DNA of 64,000 nt, from the NCBI GenBank assembly GCA_963840035.1, contig CAWIXE010000001.1, positions 896,001-960,000 of the forward strand, given 5' to 3'. The notes beneath the pieces are model-generated. The model did not search any database. It was given only the letters and a program-made list of their open reading frames with translations, and was not told where the DNA came from. This document shows, piece by piece, positions 39,258 through 49,701 of this stretch; position 1 is the stretch's first letter, and every line of letters begins with the position of its first letter. Origin of the DNA: a candidate division FCPU426 bacterium. Its GTDB lineage: Bacteria; Oederibacteriota; PGYV01; Palsa-1178. Position numbers and translations under genes: made by a program.

Positions 39258-40703
39258 ATGGTTAAAGTAAGGTTTGCCCCCAGCCCCACAGGATACCTTC
39301 ACATAGGAGGCGCGAGGACCGCGCTTTTTAATTATCTTTACGCGAGGCACAACAACGGAAAGTTTGTCCTGCGTATAGAGGACACGGACAAAGAACGGTC
39401 CACTAAGGAATCAGAGGTTGAAATACTTGAATCCATGAAATGGCTCGGCCTGAACTGGGACGAAGGCCCGGGAGTCTCCGCGGATGATTCCATGTACTAT
39501 CAGACAAGAAGGCTGGATGTTTACCACAAGTACGCGGAGAAACTCTTAAGCGAAGGCAAGGCGTATAAATGTTTCTGCACTAAAGAGGAGCTGGACGCCG
39601 ACAGAAAAAAAGCCGAAGCTGAAAAGCGCGCATTCAAATACGACGGCAAGTGCGGCCGCTTAAGCGCGGAAGAGGTAAAGGCAAACGAAGCCGCGGGAAA
39701 ACCATTTGTGGTAAGGATCCGCGTCGAGCAGACAGGCGAGACTATAGTTAAGGATATCGTAAGGGGGGACGTAAAGGTTCAGAACTCAACCCTGGATGAC
39801 GTTATAATCCTTCGCACCGATAAAATGCCAATCTATAATTTTGTCGTGGTGGTTGATGACGTGGAAATGGGCATTACGCATGTCATACGCGGCGAGGACC
39901 ATCTTTCAAACACACCAAAGCAGATACACATATATAAAGCCCTGGGTTTCCCCATGCCGGAATTCGCGCACATACCGCTTATTTTAGGGCAGGACAAGTC
40001 AAAGCTTTCCAAAAGGCACGGCGAGACTTCGGTCATGAGGTACAAGGAACTTGGATACCTTCCAGAGGCGCTTGTAAATTACCTGGCGCTGCTGGGCTGG
40101 TCACCTGATAACGAGGATACTATATTTTCCATGGAACAGCTCATTGAGAAGTTCGCCCTTGACCGCGTGCACAAGTCGGGCGCCATGTTTGACAACAAGA
40201 AACTGATGTACATAAACGGCGTCCACATCAGGGGCAAATCAGCCGATGAACTGACAAAAATGTGCGTGCCGTATCTTATTAAAGACGGCGTTATCACGGA
40301 AGATGACGTCAAAAACCGTTATGATTTTGTGAAGCACACAGTTGTGCTGCAGCAGGAAAAGCTGCAGGTGTTATCGGAAATATCCGCGCTGTCGTCATAT
40401 TTTTACAAGGATGAGTATGAGATGAACGAGGACGCGGCGAAGGTATGGGAGAAAAACGCGGCCGAGAGGGTTAAGATACTTGAAATATTTAAAAAGATAG
40501 TTGAAGAAACCGGAGTTGATAAAGTGAAGGTTGAGGAGCGCTTAAAAGCGGACATGGAAGCCGCGGGAATAAAAGCAAAAGCATTCATGCATGTGATTAG
40601 GGTGGTCCTCTCAGGGACAACCATGGGGCCAGGCCTTTTTGACATAGTTGAGACGCTGGGAAAAGATAAGTGTTTGAAAAGGATAGCAAAGTACGGTGGG
40701 TAG
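39258..40703 (+). CDS. gltX: glutamate--tRNA ligase
   Basis: VRFAPSPTGYLHIGG, LRIEDTD, HVIRGEDH and KLSKR motifs. Confidence 0.98.
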   Translation: MVKVRFAPSPTGYLHIGGARTALFNYLYARHNNGKFVLRIEDTDKERSTKESEVEILESMKWLGLNWDEGPGVSADDSMYYQTRRLDVYHKYAEKLLSEGKAYKCFCTKEELDADRKKAEAEKRAFKYDGKCGRLSAEEVKANEAAGKPFVVRIRVEQTGETIVKDIVRGDVKVQNSTLDDVIILRTDKMPIYNFVVVVDDVEMGITHVIRGEDHLSNTPKQIHIYKALGFPMPEFAHIPLILGQDKSKLSKRHGETSVMRYKELGYLPEALVNYLALLGWSPDNEDTIFSMEQLIEKFALDRVHKSGAMFDNKKLMYINGVHIRGKSADELTKMCVPYLIKDGVITEDDVKNRYDFVKHTVVLQQEKLQVLSEISALSSYFYKDEYEMNEDAAKVWEKNAAERVKILEIFKKIVEETGVDKVKVEERLKADMEAAGIKAKAFMHVIRVVLSGTTMGPGLFDIVETLGKDKCLKRIAKYGG

Positions 40704-40774
40704 TGGATGGCGAGTAGAGTGTGGAAGCCGCATCATCTGAGACGGTTTATCTGAGACGATTTAAGAGGGGTGTT

Positions 40775-41593
40775 ATGTCAATTATAGAAACAATTCATAA
40801 GCGCACATCGTGGCGTACTTTTTCAAAGACTCCTGTTGAGCATGAAAAAATCGCGGCACTAAGGGAATTTATGGCGTCAAATACTACGGGCGTATTCGGG
40901 TCAAAGATACGTTTTGACCTGGTGGATTTCGCTGAAACTCCCCATGAACTTTTAAAATCCCTTGGCACTTACAGTGTTATAAAAGACGCCAGGCTTTTCA
41001 TGGCCGGCTGCGTTTCAAATACAGGCAGGTACCTGGAAGATTACGGCTATGCCATGGAAAAGAACATATTAAAGGCAGTGGAACTGGGGCTGGCTACATG
41101 CTGGCTTGGCGCCACTTTTAACAGGAACGGTTTTTCCGAACTGCTCAGGGCTTCTGAACATGAGAATATTCCGGCTGTTTCACCTGTCGGCTACCCCGCG
41201 GATAAAAGGCGCCTGGCGGACAATATGATGAGGAAGGTCGCGAATTCCGACACCAGAAAACACCTTTTTGAGATTTCCTTCCTTGATGACTTTGACACGC
41301 CGCGCGTGCCTGCCAATAAGTTTAAGACCGTGCTTGAATGCGTGAAACTCGGGCCGTCAGCCACAAACCAGCAGCCGTGGAGGTTTGTAAAGGAAGACAG
41401 CAAGCTGATATTCCATCTTTTTCTGGAGCGCACGAAAGGGTATCTGTATCCGGCAGGCCAGAATATAGACATGGGTATTGCAATGTGCCATTTTGAACTG
41501 GCGGCAAGGGAACTTGGGTTTACAGGGGAATGGGTTGTTTCAGATCCGGGAATTGAAGCGGGCGGCAGGGAGTATATAGCGACTTGGAAGTAG
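40775..41593 (+). CDS. nitroreductase family protein (two-domain type)
   Basis: RTSWRTF, LGLATCWLG, PSATNQQPWRF and IDMGIAMCHF motifs. Confidence 0.9.
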   Translation: MSIIETIHKRTSWRTFSKTPVEHEKIAALREFMASNTTGVFGSKIRFDLVDFAETPHELLKSLGTYSVIKDARLFMAGCVSNTGRYLEDYGYAMEKNILKAVELGLATCWLGATFNRNGFSELLRASEHENIPAVSPVGYPADKRRLADNMMRKVANSDTRKHLFEISFLDDFDTPRVPANKFKTVLECVKLGPSATNQQPWRFVKEDSKLIFHLFLERTKGYLYPAGQNIDMGIAMCHFELAARELGFTGEWVVSDPGIEAGGREYIATWK

Positions 41594-41597
41594 TTAG

Positions 41598-41728
41598 TCT
41601 CAAGACTCATGACCCAAGACCCAAGTGAAAACAGACAGTCACGAAATTTTATTAGATGACAAGTTTTAAAGATAGGATTTTAAGGCCGGATATTAGGACT
41701 TGAGTCATGGGTCATGGGACTTGGGTCG
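41598..41728. repeat. inverted clusters of 7-bp repeats between convergent genes
   Basis: GACTCATGACCCAAGACCCAAG ... CTTGAGTCATGGGTCATGGGACTTGGGTC. Confidence 0.7.
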
Positions 41729-41733
41729 AAGAA

Positions 41734-42579
41734 CTAAATCCCCCGTTTTACGTAAACCTTCCCATACTTCGCCTGTCCTATCGCGATCAGTTTGTTTTCA
41801 TGTATGAGCTTTATAAATCCCGCTTTTGTGGATGTCATGTTGTCTATGGTCATGCCGTTTTTGACCTTCCCAAAATTCTCGTCTGATAAGACCATTTCCG
41901 GTATTGCGTATAGCGCTTCCCTCATGGAGACAAGGTTGCCTTCGAGCGTATCAAGGGAGGCTGTCATGTGGGACTGTTTTAATGTGAATTCGCCGATCTT
42001 GGTCCTGACTAAGGCTGAAAGATAAGCGGCGCTGCCGAGTTTTTCACCCATGTCGCGGGCAATAGACCTCATGTAGGTTCCCGAAGAACACGCCACCCTT
42101 AAGGTTGCCTTATCACCGGAGCATCCCATAATTTCTATTGAGTGCACAGTGACCTGCCTTGGCTCGGGATTAACTTCCTTGCCGGCGCGGGCCAGGTCGT
42201 ATAATTTCTGGCCGTCTTTTTTAATTGCGGAGAATTTTGGCGGGATCTGCGTGATTTCGCCGGTAAACTCCGGCAGCAGCCCTTTTATTTTTTCTTCAAG
42301 GTTTTCCGGGACAGGCGCTTCTTTTAATGTTTCGCCCTCGGCATCGTCAGTATTTGTCGACCTTCCAAAAGTTACTTCCATCTCATATTCTTTATTAGAA
42401 GGGAGGTAGTCGCTGATCTTAGTGGCTTTGCCTATCATTATCATAAGGAGGCCTGTGGCAAGGGGGTCTAAGGTACCGGAATGGCCGACTTTTTTAAGTT
42501 TGAACTTCCTTTTTACCTGCTCTATGGCACCGAATGATGTGGGGCCTTTTTCCTTATTAATAAGCAAAATTCCGTCCAT
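41734..42579 (-). CDS. truB: tRNA pseudouridine(55) synthase
   Basis: KVGHSGTLDPLATG, QIPPKFSAIK and CSSGTYMRS motifs. Confidence 0.97.
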   Translation of the reverse strand: MDGILLINKEKGPTSFGAIEQVKRKFKLKKVGHSGTLDPLATGLLMIMIGKATKISDYLPSNKEYEMEVTFGRSTNTDDAEGETLKEAPVPENLEEKIKGLLPEFTGEITQIPPKFSAIKKDGQKLYDLARAGKEVNPEPRQVTVHSIEIMGCSGDKATLRVACSSGTYMRSIARDMGEKLGSAAYLSALVRTKIGEFTLKQSHMTASLDTLEGNLVSMREALYAIPEMVLSDENFGKVKNGMTIDNMTSTKAGFIKLIHENKLIAIGQAKYGKVYVKRGI

Positions 42580-42710
42580 GATAACATTTTCCTCTCCCCT
42601 CTCCCTTCAAGGGAGAGGGCCAGGGTGAGGGTGACGCCCTGACGCCAATAATATAAAAACGCATTCAAATATTATCCGATTTTAATGAATAAAGCAACCT
42701 CAATAAAAGC

Positions 42711-42800
42711 CTTCGTAGGGGCGAGCCGGTGGCTCGCCCGGATCTCAGGTATTGAACCACGGTCAACAGCCGGGCGAGCCACCGGCTCGCCCCTACGAAG
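42711..42800. repeat. GTAG-type REP doublet with perfect 31-bp inverted arms
   Basis: CTTCGTAGGGGCGAGCCGGTGGCTCGCCCGG at 42711-42741 and its exact reverse complement at 42770-42800. Confidence 0.92.
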
Positions 42801-42895
42801 AACAGAACATTATTTATAAAAACACGCTTGACACATTAGTATACATAGTGTATACTTTAACCATGAAAAGTATACGGCGGGGCTGAAACAAAAAC

Positions 42896-42968
42896 ATCCC
42901 CACCCTGGCCCTCCCCTTTAGTAAAAGGGGAGGGAAAATGTAGGTGGAACACTATTATAGGAGGGTTT
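42896..42968 (+). repeat. hairpin+RBS leader shared with eno
   Basis: Matches 24666-24738 except in the loop and a few 3' bases. Confidence 0.85.
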
Positions 42969-43298
42969 ATGGAACAGACAATTGAAGTAAGGTCAGAGTA
43001 TTACGACGTGGAGTTTAAGGCCTTTACACAGACGGCGCTTGCGACATTTAACAGGTTAAAACCCGTATATTTCCTGCCTAAAAACAGGGCTGCAGAGGCC
43101 CCCCAGGAAACACTTTTTTCAAAGGCTATAAATGCAGGCGCTAAAAGGTATTGTATGGATATAAAGAGGGCAAAGGCAGGCACGTTATGCCTTACCATCT
43201 GCGAGACGACATCAGGCCTGAGGGAATCAAAAGAAACCCGCAGGATAGTGGTATTTGACAGCGCGGAAGAAGTAAGGGAAGAAAGGGCAGTGTCATAA
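42969..43298 (+). CDS. PUR/DUF3276-like single-stranded nucleic-acid-binding protein (divergent)
   Basis: LFSKAINAGAKRYCMDIK...LTICE...RRIVVF resembles the PUR-repeat pattern; GGAGG RBS. Confidence 0.55.
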   Translation: MEQTIEVRSEYYDVEFKAFTQTALATFNRLKPVYFLPKNRAAEAPQETLFSKAINAGAKRYCMDIKRAKAGTLCLTICETTSGLRESKETRRIVVFDSAEEVREERAVS

Positions 43299-43537
43299 GG
43301 AAGAGGAAATGAGAGACAGGAGATAGGAGACAGGAAGCACGAATAAAGCATTTATAACAAACCGGAAGCCGGAAGAGAAGTTGGATAATTATATGAGGAA
43401 AAAGTGCCCCTTTTGCTTAATATAAAATAAACCCAAACCTCCGGCTCCGGTTTTTATGTTTAAATCAGGGGATTAACAGGGGATATGTGCTGTAACAAAT
43501 AATAGAGCAAATTTTATATAACTCGCAGTATTGCTGC

Positions 43538-43566
43538 TTGACTGACATAAAATTTTATGTCATAAT
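43538..43566 (+). promoter_or_regulatory. toxin-antitoxin promoter with perfect 20-bp palindromic operator
   Basis: TTGACT-17-CATAAT overlapping TGACATAAAATTTTATGTCA (43543-43562). Confidence 0.8.
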
Positions 43567-43586
43567 TCAATGGGTGGAGGGGAGTA

Positions 43587-43928
43587 ATGCCGATATGGAG
43601 GGTGGTATATTTCCGGACTAAATCAGGGAATATTCCGGTACGTGAACTGATAGAATCCCAGGGTGCGGAAAAAGAAGCAAAGATTCTTGCTTATATAACG
43701 GAACTGGAACTAAAAGGCAACATGATTGACCGTTCTATAAGTAAAAAAATTACCAGAAATCTATTTGAGTTAAAAGTGTCGGATGTGAGGCTGTTGTACT
43801 ATTTTGGCGGGAAAGGGCATATAGTAATCGTGCTTGGAGTGGTGAAGAAAAGGCAGGACCCGGACAGCGGCGATATAAAACTTGCCGAGAAAAACAGGAA
43901 AGAATTCATGGGAAGGTTCAATATATAG
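43587..43928 (+). CDS. type II toxin, RelE/ParE superfamily (Gp49/HigB-like)
   Basis: WRVVYFRTKSGNIPVRELI...LFELKV..VRLLYYF...VKK..DIKLA; lies upstream of an HTH gene. Confidence 0.85.
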   Translation: MPIWRVVYFRTKSGNIPVRELIESQGAEKEAKILAYITELELKGNMIDRSISKKITRNLFELKVSDVRLLYYFGGKGHIVIVLGVVKKRQDPDSGDIKLAEKNRKEFMGRFNI

Positions 43929-43943
43929 GAGGAAGGTGCGAAG

Positions 43944-44279
43944 ATGAAGGCAAAAAGCAGGATAAAAGTAAAAAAACATGAAGTATTATCCGCGGGTGAT
44001 TTTTTCCGGGCCCATCTAAAAGAAAAACTTAAGGATAAGAAGTTTGCGGATGGTTATAAAAGGGAAAAGCGGCTTCTTGATGTCACCATAAAGCTTGCGG
44101 AACTGAGAAGAAAAAAACACATGTCACAGCGGGCGCTTGCTGTTAGGGCCAATGTGCCTCAGCAGGAGATATCAAATATTGAGCAGGGTAAAAGAAATAT
44201 CACTTTAAATACCCTTGAAAAAATAGCGGCAGGCCTGGACGCGGAAATAGACATAATAGTAAGGCCTCATGCGGTTTGA
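43944..44279 (+). CDS. XRE/HTH antitoxin (HigA-like)
   Basis: LAELRRKKHMSQRALA...QQEISNIEQG.RNITLNTLEKIAAGL. Confidence 0.9.
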   Translation: MKAKSRIKVKKHEVLSAGDFFRAHLKEKLKDKKFADGYKREKRLLDVTIKLAELRRKKHMSQRALAVRANVPQQEISNIEQGKRNITLNTLEKIAAGLDAEIDIIVRPHAV

Positions 44280-44308
44280 TGAGCAGGATCCGACAGGGGG
44301 TATTGTAT

Positions 44309-44432
44309 TGGTAGCCGCAACCTTCAGGCTGCGAAACGAGGGACCTGCCTTGCGCAGCATGCAGAGGTATTATCCTGATTTAATGCTTGTTTGCTGAAGC
44401 TCACAATGGCATCTTGAAGGCTGCGGCTGCCA
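44309..44432. repeat. GTAGCCGCAACCTT-type REP doublet, copy 1
   Basis: Terminal inverted arms; internal sequence shared with 51696-51842. Confidence 0.8.
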
Positions 44433-44563
44433 ATGTTTTAACACCCGGATTGCGTGAAAATCTAAAGTTTATTCCTTAACATTATCCTTACATCCAATTA
44501 ACTTGATTTTGCCCCTTTTCTGTATTACAATCATTGTATTATCTAAAAAACGAGGTGGGAAAT

Positions 44564-45883
44564 ATGACCAAAAAATTCATTTTATTTATTTCGGTTTTTG
44601 CTGTTATTGCCTTCGGCGCGGCGGTTTTTGCCGCTGAAAAGGCTGCTACTACAACGGCCGCCAAACCGGTATTTATCAAACTCAATGTGGAAGGGATAAT
44701 TGACGCGGCAATCGCGGATTATCTTATCCGCGGGGTTGAAGAGGCTGAAAAAACAGGCGCTGCGGGCGTGGTTGTGACCATGCAGACGCCGGGCGGGCTT
44801 GATAAATCCATGAGGAAGATATGCGAGAAGTTCCTGGCCGCGAAAGTGCCGGTAATATGCTATATCACGCCAAAAGGCTCCAGGGCGGCGTCCGCAGGGG
44901 TATTCATACTTATGGCGTCGCATGTGGCTGTAATGGCAGAGGGAACCAACATAGGCACGGCGCATCCCGTGGATTTCCAGGGCAACAGCGTTTCCGAGAA
45001 GATCACAAACGACGCGGTCGCGTACATAATCAACCTCGCCAGGATGAAAGGCAAAAATGTGAAATGGGCCGAGGACGCTGTATTAAAGAACGTGTCATCT
45101 TCAGAAATTGAAGCGCTCAAGATGAAAGTCATAGATTTTACCGCCACAGACATAACGGAACTCATGAAAAAACTGGATAAGAAAAAAGTAAAGGTTGCAG
45201 AAAAGGAAGTGGTTATAAATACCGAAGGTTATGAATTCAAAGACATACCGCTCTCCTCAAAACATAAATTCCTGCACGCGCTTTCCGACCCCAATATTGT
45301 TTATGTGCTTTTCCTCATAGGCATTTACGGGCTTATTTTTGAGCTTGCAAACGCCGGGACAGTTGTTCTTCCGGGCATAGTGGGCGCGATTGCCATAGTG
45401 CTCGCGTTTATGGGTTTTGACAGCCTGCCGATTAATATGGCCGGGACAATATTCATCGGATTGTCAGCGCTTCTTTTCTTCATGGATATGATGACCCCCA
45501 CACACGGGGCATTGACTTTCGGCGGCATAATATCACTCATCATAGGTTCCCTGCTGTTATTTCCAAACAGGGGTATGGGTGAAGAATGGGCGGTGTCTTA
45601 CGTGTTAATGGCGGTGATGATACTCATTACTATCGCGTTTTTTGTGCTTGTGGTTGCCCTGGTGGTAAAATCATACAGGAGCAAAGTAATAACCGGCATG
45701 CAGTCCGTGCTGGGGTTAAAGGGAATGGCGTCAACAGACGTGAACGCTGACGGCGGCGTGGTGAATGTGGGCGGTGAAGACTGGCAGGCCACATCGGATG
45801 AACCCATTGCCGCGCGCGACCTTGTCGAGGTGCTTGAAGTGAACGGTTTAAAGGTAAAAGTTAAAAAAATTCCAAGAAAATAG
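44564..45883 (+). CDS. nfeD: NfeD membrane-bound serine protease (ClpP class)
   Basis: TPGG, RAASAG, GTAHPV, EKITNDA, TM domain and C-terminal OB-like GEDWQA; upstream of an SPFH gene. Confidence 0.92.
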   Translation: MTKKFILFISVFAVIAFGAAVFAAEKAATTTAAKPVFIKLNVEGIIDAAIADYLIRGVEEAEKTGAAGVVVTMQTPGGLDKSMRKICEKFLAAKVPVICYITPKGSRAASAGVFILMASHVAVMAEGTNIGTAHPVDFQGNSVSEKITNDAVAYIINLARMKGKNVKWAEDAVLKNVSSSEIEALKMKVIDFTATDITELMKKLDKKKVKVAEKEVVINTEGYEFKDIPLSSKHKFLHALSDPNIVYVLFLIGIYGLIFELANAGTVVLPGIVGAIAIVLAFMGFDSLPINMAGTIFIGLSALLFFMDMMTPTHGALTFGGIISLIIGSLLLFPNRGMGEEWAVSYVLMAVMILITIAFFVLVVALVVKSYRSKVITGMQSVLGLKGMASTDVNADGGVVNVGGEDWQATSDEPIAARDLVEVLEVNGLKVKVKKIPRK

Positions 45884-45896
45884 GAGGGACAAAGAC

Positions 45897-46751
45897 ATGT
45901 GGGTAGGAATAATCATTGCAGTAGTCGTACTTGTAATTGTATTGCCGTCATTTATTAAGATCGTGCCGGAGTACCAGAGGTTGGTAGTTTTCAGGCTTGG
46001 ACGCTGTATCGGAGCGGTCGGGCCGGGGCTCATTATCCTCATACCTTTTGTTGATAAGCCGGTATGGGTGGATTTAAGGGAGTTGTTCCTTGAAATACCG
46101 GGGCAGACATGCATTACGAAAGATAACGCCCCGATATCCATCGACTTCCTCATTTACTGGAAGGTTGTGGAGCCGGTTAAGACAGTGGTGCAGGTAGGCA
46201 ACTTCGCGGGCGCTTCGCAGGGTATCGCGACAACCACGCTGCGCGCAATCGTCGGAGACATCCCGTTAGACGACGTTCTCGCAAAAAGGGAAGAGATTAA
46301 TTTAAGGCTCAGGACAAAAATGGACGAGGTAACCGAGCGCTGGGGCGTGAAGGTCACTTCGGTCGAGATAAGGGAAATCCTGCCGCCAAAAGAAATTCAG
46401 GATTCCATGAACAAACAGATGTCGGCTGAGCGTTCCAGAAGGGCGCTTGTAACGGAGGCTGAAGGCAAGAAATCAGCGTCAATCACCGTCGCCGAGGGAG
46501 ACAAGCAGTCCAAGATCCTCCAGGCAGAGGGCGAAAGGCAGTCGCAGATACTGCGCGCCGAAGGTTACGCCAAGGCTTTGGAGCAGATATTCGGGGCTGC
46601 CGGCAAGATAGACTCGAAGACCATGCTCATCCAGTACTTCGAAGCTTTAAAGGCGCTTGGAAACAGCGCGTCAACAAAGTTTGTCATACCCATGGAATTT
46701 ACTTCCATGATAGAGCCCATCATAAGCAAGGCAAAGGAATCCTTGAAGTGA
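45897..46751 (+). CDS. SPFH/stomatin (slipin) family protein
   Basis: EYQRLVVFRLG, ITKDN, TTLRAIVG, WGVKVTSVEI and QMSAER motifs. Confidence 0.95.
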   Translation: MWVGIIIAVVVLVIVLPSFIKIVPEYQRLVVFRLGRCIGAVGPGLIILIPFVDKPVWVDLRELFLEIPGQTCITKDNAPISIDFLIYWKVVEPVKTVVQVGNFAGASQGIATTTLRAIVGDIPLDDVLAKREEINLRLRTKMDEVTERWGVKVTSVEIREILPPKEIQDSMNKQMSAERSRRALVTEAEGKKSASITVAEGDKQSKILQAEGERQSQILRAEGYAKALEQIFGAAGKIDSKTMLIQYFEALKALGNSASTKFVIPMEFTSMIEPIISKAKESLK

Positions 46752-48001
46752 ACGCGGAAGTCTTAACTATCGGGACCGAGCTTTTGCTCGGCCAGATAAT
46801 AGATACAAACGCCTCCTACCTCGGCAAAAAACTTGCCGAGGTAGGGGTGAACTTATACTACAAGACCACGGTCGGCGACAACATAGGGCGGGTCAGGGAA
46901 GCCTTAACCGCGGCCATAAACAGGGCGGACCTGATTGTCATAACCGGCGGCTTAGGTCCCACGGTCGACGACATAACGCGCCAGGCAGTGGCTGAGTTCG
47001 CGGGATTAAAACTTACGCTCGACGAACCATCCCTTAAATTCATAGAAGACCGCTTCAAAACCCGCAATTATAAACTGACTGATAATAATAAACTGCAGGC
47101 ATATTTTCCTTCCGGCGCCGTCATACTTGAAAACAACAACGGCACCGCCCCCGGTTTTATACTCGAATACGAGTCAAAAATAATAGCCGCCATGCCCGGG
47201 GTGCCTTCGGAAATGTACCCCATGATGGAAAACAGCGTAATACCATACCTGTATAAAAAAATGGGCGGATCCCATCAGGTAATAAAATCGCTGTCGTTAA
47301 GGATAACGGGCATGGGCGAATCAAACGTGGATGATAAAATACAGGACCTTTTCAGGGAATCAACAAATCCCACCATCGGAGTATACGCGCATGCATTAGA
47401 GGTGGAAGTGCGGCTAACGGCCAAGGCAGAAACCCCGGAAAAAGCCGACGCGCTAATAAGCGGCTTAAAAGAAAAGGTGTACGGAAGGATCGGGGAGCAT
47501 ATTTACAGCGAGGGCGGGGAAACGCTGGAAGAACGCGTGGCTTCCATGCTTGTCGAAAAGAAATTGACCGTAGCGACAGCGGAGTCGTGTACGGCCGGGC
47601 TCGTGGCGCACAGGCTCACGAATGTCCCTGGTTCTTCGGCATATTATGTCGGCGGGGTTAACTCCTATTCCAATGAGGTTAAAACAGGGGTGCTCGGTGT
47701 TCCTGAAGAAATACTTAAAGCGCACGGGGCAGTCAGCCCTGAGTGCGCCGCGTCCATGGCGTCCCGCGCAAGGGAAGTTTTTAAGACATCCATAGGCATA
47801 TCCGTAACAGGCATAGCCGGGCCTGACGGCGGCACCGCGGAAAAACCAGTGGGGCTGATTTACATAGGATTAGACATGATGGGAAAGGTAAGAACATATA
47901 AGAATAATTTTCCGGGCAGCAGGGATATGGCGCGCGCGCGCTCGGCCCAGGCCGCCCTGTTTTTGTTGTATAAGGCGTTAAGAATGGGGAATAGGGAATG
48001 A
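46748..48001 (+). CDS. cinA: competence/damage-inducible protein A (NMN deamidase domain)
   Basis: IGTELLLGQIIDTN, GGLGPTVDDIT, PGVPSEM, AESCTAG and TGIAGPDGG motifs. Confidence 0.96.
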   Translation: MNAEVLTIGTELLLGQIIDTNASYLGKKLAEVGVNLYYKTTVGDNIGRVREALTAAINRADLIVITGGLGPTVDDITRQAVAEFAGLKLTLDEPSLKFIEDRFKTRNYKLTDNNKLQAYFPSGAVILENNNGTAPGFILEYESKIIAAMPGVPSEMYPMMENSVIPYLYKKMGGSHQVIKSLSLRITGMGESNVDDKIQDLFRESTNPTIGVYAHALEVEVRLTAKAETPEKADALISGLKEKVYGRIGEHIYSEGGETLEERVASMLVEKKLTVATAESCTAGLVAHRLTNVPGSSAYYVGGVNSYSNEVKTGVLGVPEEILKAHGAVSPECAASMASRAREVFKTSIGISVTGIAGPDGGTAEKPVGLIYIGLDMMGKVRTYKNNFPGSRDMARARSAQAALFLLYKALRMGNRE

Positions 48002-49569
48002 TAAAAAAGAACCCTGGCTTGAAAGCTTATCATAGCCGGCTGGATGAGCCTCTTAAAGAGCGCATGAAGAAAAATTCCATTACCAACATACTTTTCTTTG
48101 TCCTGACATTTCCGCTGATGTTCATTTTAACGCCTATGATCCTTAAATACACGGGAAAAGAAGCGTACGGCATCTGGGCAATTACCGGGACCATACTTGT
48201 ATTCCTTGAATTCATAGGGCTGCAGACGCCCGCGGCTATCGGCATAGTAGTGCCGAAATGCGACCCGAAGAATGAACCCGGGGAGATAAACTCGCTTGCA
48301 AATACGCTTTTTGTCTTTTATATTGCGGCGGCCGCGCTCGCGCTTGCAATATTTTTTCCGTTTAAAGGGCAGATTATCAGCGCGTTCTTTAAGGTGACCC
48401 CTGAACTTGTGCCGCTGGCCGCCGCCGTATTGACCGTAAGCGTCGGTTTATACCTGCTGAATTTTGTCATCCTGAGCTTCGCGTATATACTAAACGGGCT
48501 TAACCTTTATTACCCCGGCAACATCGCGCATATTGTGGCGGGATACTTAAGGACGGGCCTGACCATCGCGGCACTGATGAAAGGCTATGGCATCATGGGC
48601 GTGGCGTCCATACAGCTGTGTTCGGTCATTGCCGAGACAGTGTTCCTTGTCATCTGGCTAAAGGTGGTTTTCCCGCCGCTGAAGTTCGACCCGTTCTTAT
48701 TCAGCATGAAGAAGCTCGGTACCCTGCTGCGCTTAAGCGTGAGGCTTATGTTCACAAGGCTCGCGTCAGCCATAAATTACAACATAGACAAACTGGCGCT
48801 GGGCTACTTTTTAAACCCGGTCGCGGTCGTTTACTACCAGCTCGGCTCCTCAATTTCAAAATACATAACAACAATACCGGACATGATAACTTCAGGATCG
48901 CTTATGCCGGCAGCGTCGGAATTAAGACACAAAAAACAGGACGACAAGATAAGGAACCTCTTCGGAAGGGTGAACAAGTATACCTTTGCCGCGGCCATAT
49001 TCATCGCGGCGGGCATCGCGGTTTTCGGCAGGGAGTTCATCACGCTGTGGCTCGGCCCGGGTTATGAGGACGCATATCTTGTCATGGTTGTGCTCGGGTT
49101 TGCATACACTTTCAGCCTGCTCGGAGTGCCGGCGTCACAGATACTAAACGGCCTGGAAAAGATAAACGCGCCTATGGTTGTATCATTTATTTCCGCCGGG
49201 CTGAATATAATACTCAGCGTGATACTGGCCAAGTTCTACGGATTAAAAGGCGCGCTAATCGGAACATCTATAGCGGTTTTCATAGGGACAATCCTTATGT
49301 TCGGTGTTTTTTATAAAACTACAGGAATAGGTTTAAACATCTGGCATGTCTTCATAAAGCCGGTCTTATCAGCGCTGTTTTCATTCGGCGCGGTATATTT
49401 TGCCTTTAAATACATGACATTACCCGCGGGCTGGACAGGGTTCCTTATCAAAACAGGTTTATTCACGGCCGTTTTTGGGTTGATCGACATTATAATATTT
49501 AAGCACCTGGATTGGTATGACATTGAGTTGTTAAAAGGGTATATGCCGGGCGTCAAGAAAAAGGCTTGA
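47998..49569 (+). CDS. oligosaccharide flippase (Wzx/MOP family)
   Basis: Many TM helices; YTGKEAYGIW, NIDKLALGYFL and FITLWLG motifs. Confidence 0.85.
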   Translation: MIKKNPGLKAYHSRLDEPLKERMKKNSITNILFFVLTFPLMFILTPMILKYTGKEAYGIWAITGTILVFLEFIGLQTPAAIGIVVPKCDPKNEPGEINSLANTLFVFYIAAAALALAIFFPFKGQIISAFFKVTPELVPLAAAVLTVSVGLYLLNFVILSFAYILNGLNLYYPGNIAHIVAGYLRTGLTIAALMKGYGIMGVASIQLCSVIAETVFLVIWLKVVFPPLKFDPFLFSMKKLGTLLRLSVRLMFTRLASAINYNIDKLALGYFLNPVAVVYYQLGSSISKYITTIPDMITSGSLMPAASELRHKKQDDKIRNLFGRVNKYTFAAAIFIAAGIAVFGREFITLWLGPGYEDAYLVMVVLGFAYTFSLLGVPASQILNGLEKINAPMVVSFISAGLNIILSVILAKFYGLKGALIGTSIAVFIGTILMFGVFYKTTGIGLNIWHVFIKPVLSALFSFGAVYFAFKYMTLPAGWTGFLIKTGLFTAVFGLIDIIIFKHLDWYDIELLKGYMPGVKKKA

Positions 49570-49623
49570 AACCGAAGTAAAAACTTGTATAATATTAAAA
49601 CCAATAACGAAAAAGTTGCTGGT

Positions 49624-49701
49624 GCGCTCGTAGCTCAGTTGGATTAGAGTATCTGGCTACGAACCAGAGGGTCACAGGTTCGAGTCCTGTCGAGCGCACC
49701 A
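49624..49701 (+). tRNA. tRNA-Arg (anticodon ACG)
   Basis: GCGCTCG/CGAGCGC acceptor stem, TCTGG-CTACGAA-CCAGA anticodon arm, GTTCGAG T-loop, encoded CCA. Promoter TTGAAA-16-TATAAT at 49566-49593. Confidence 0.97.
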
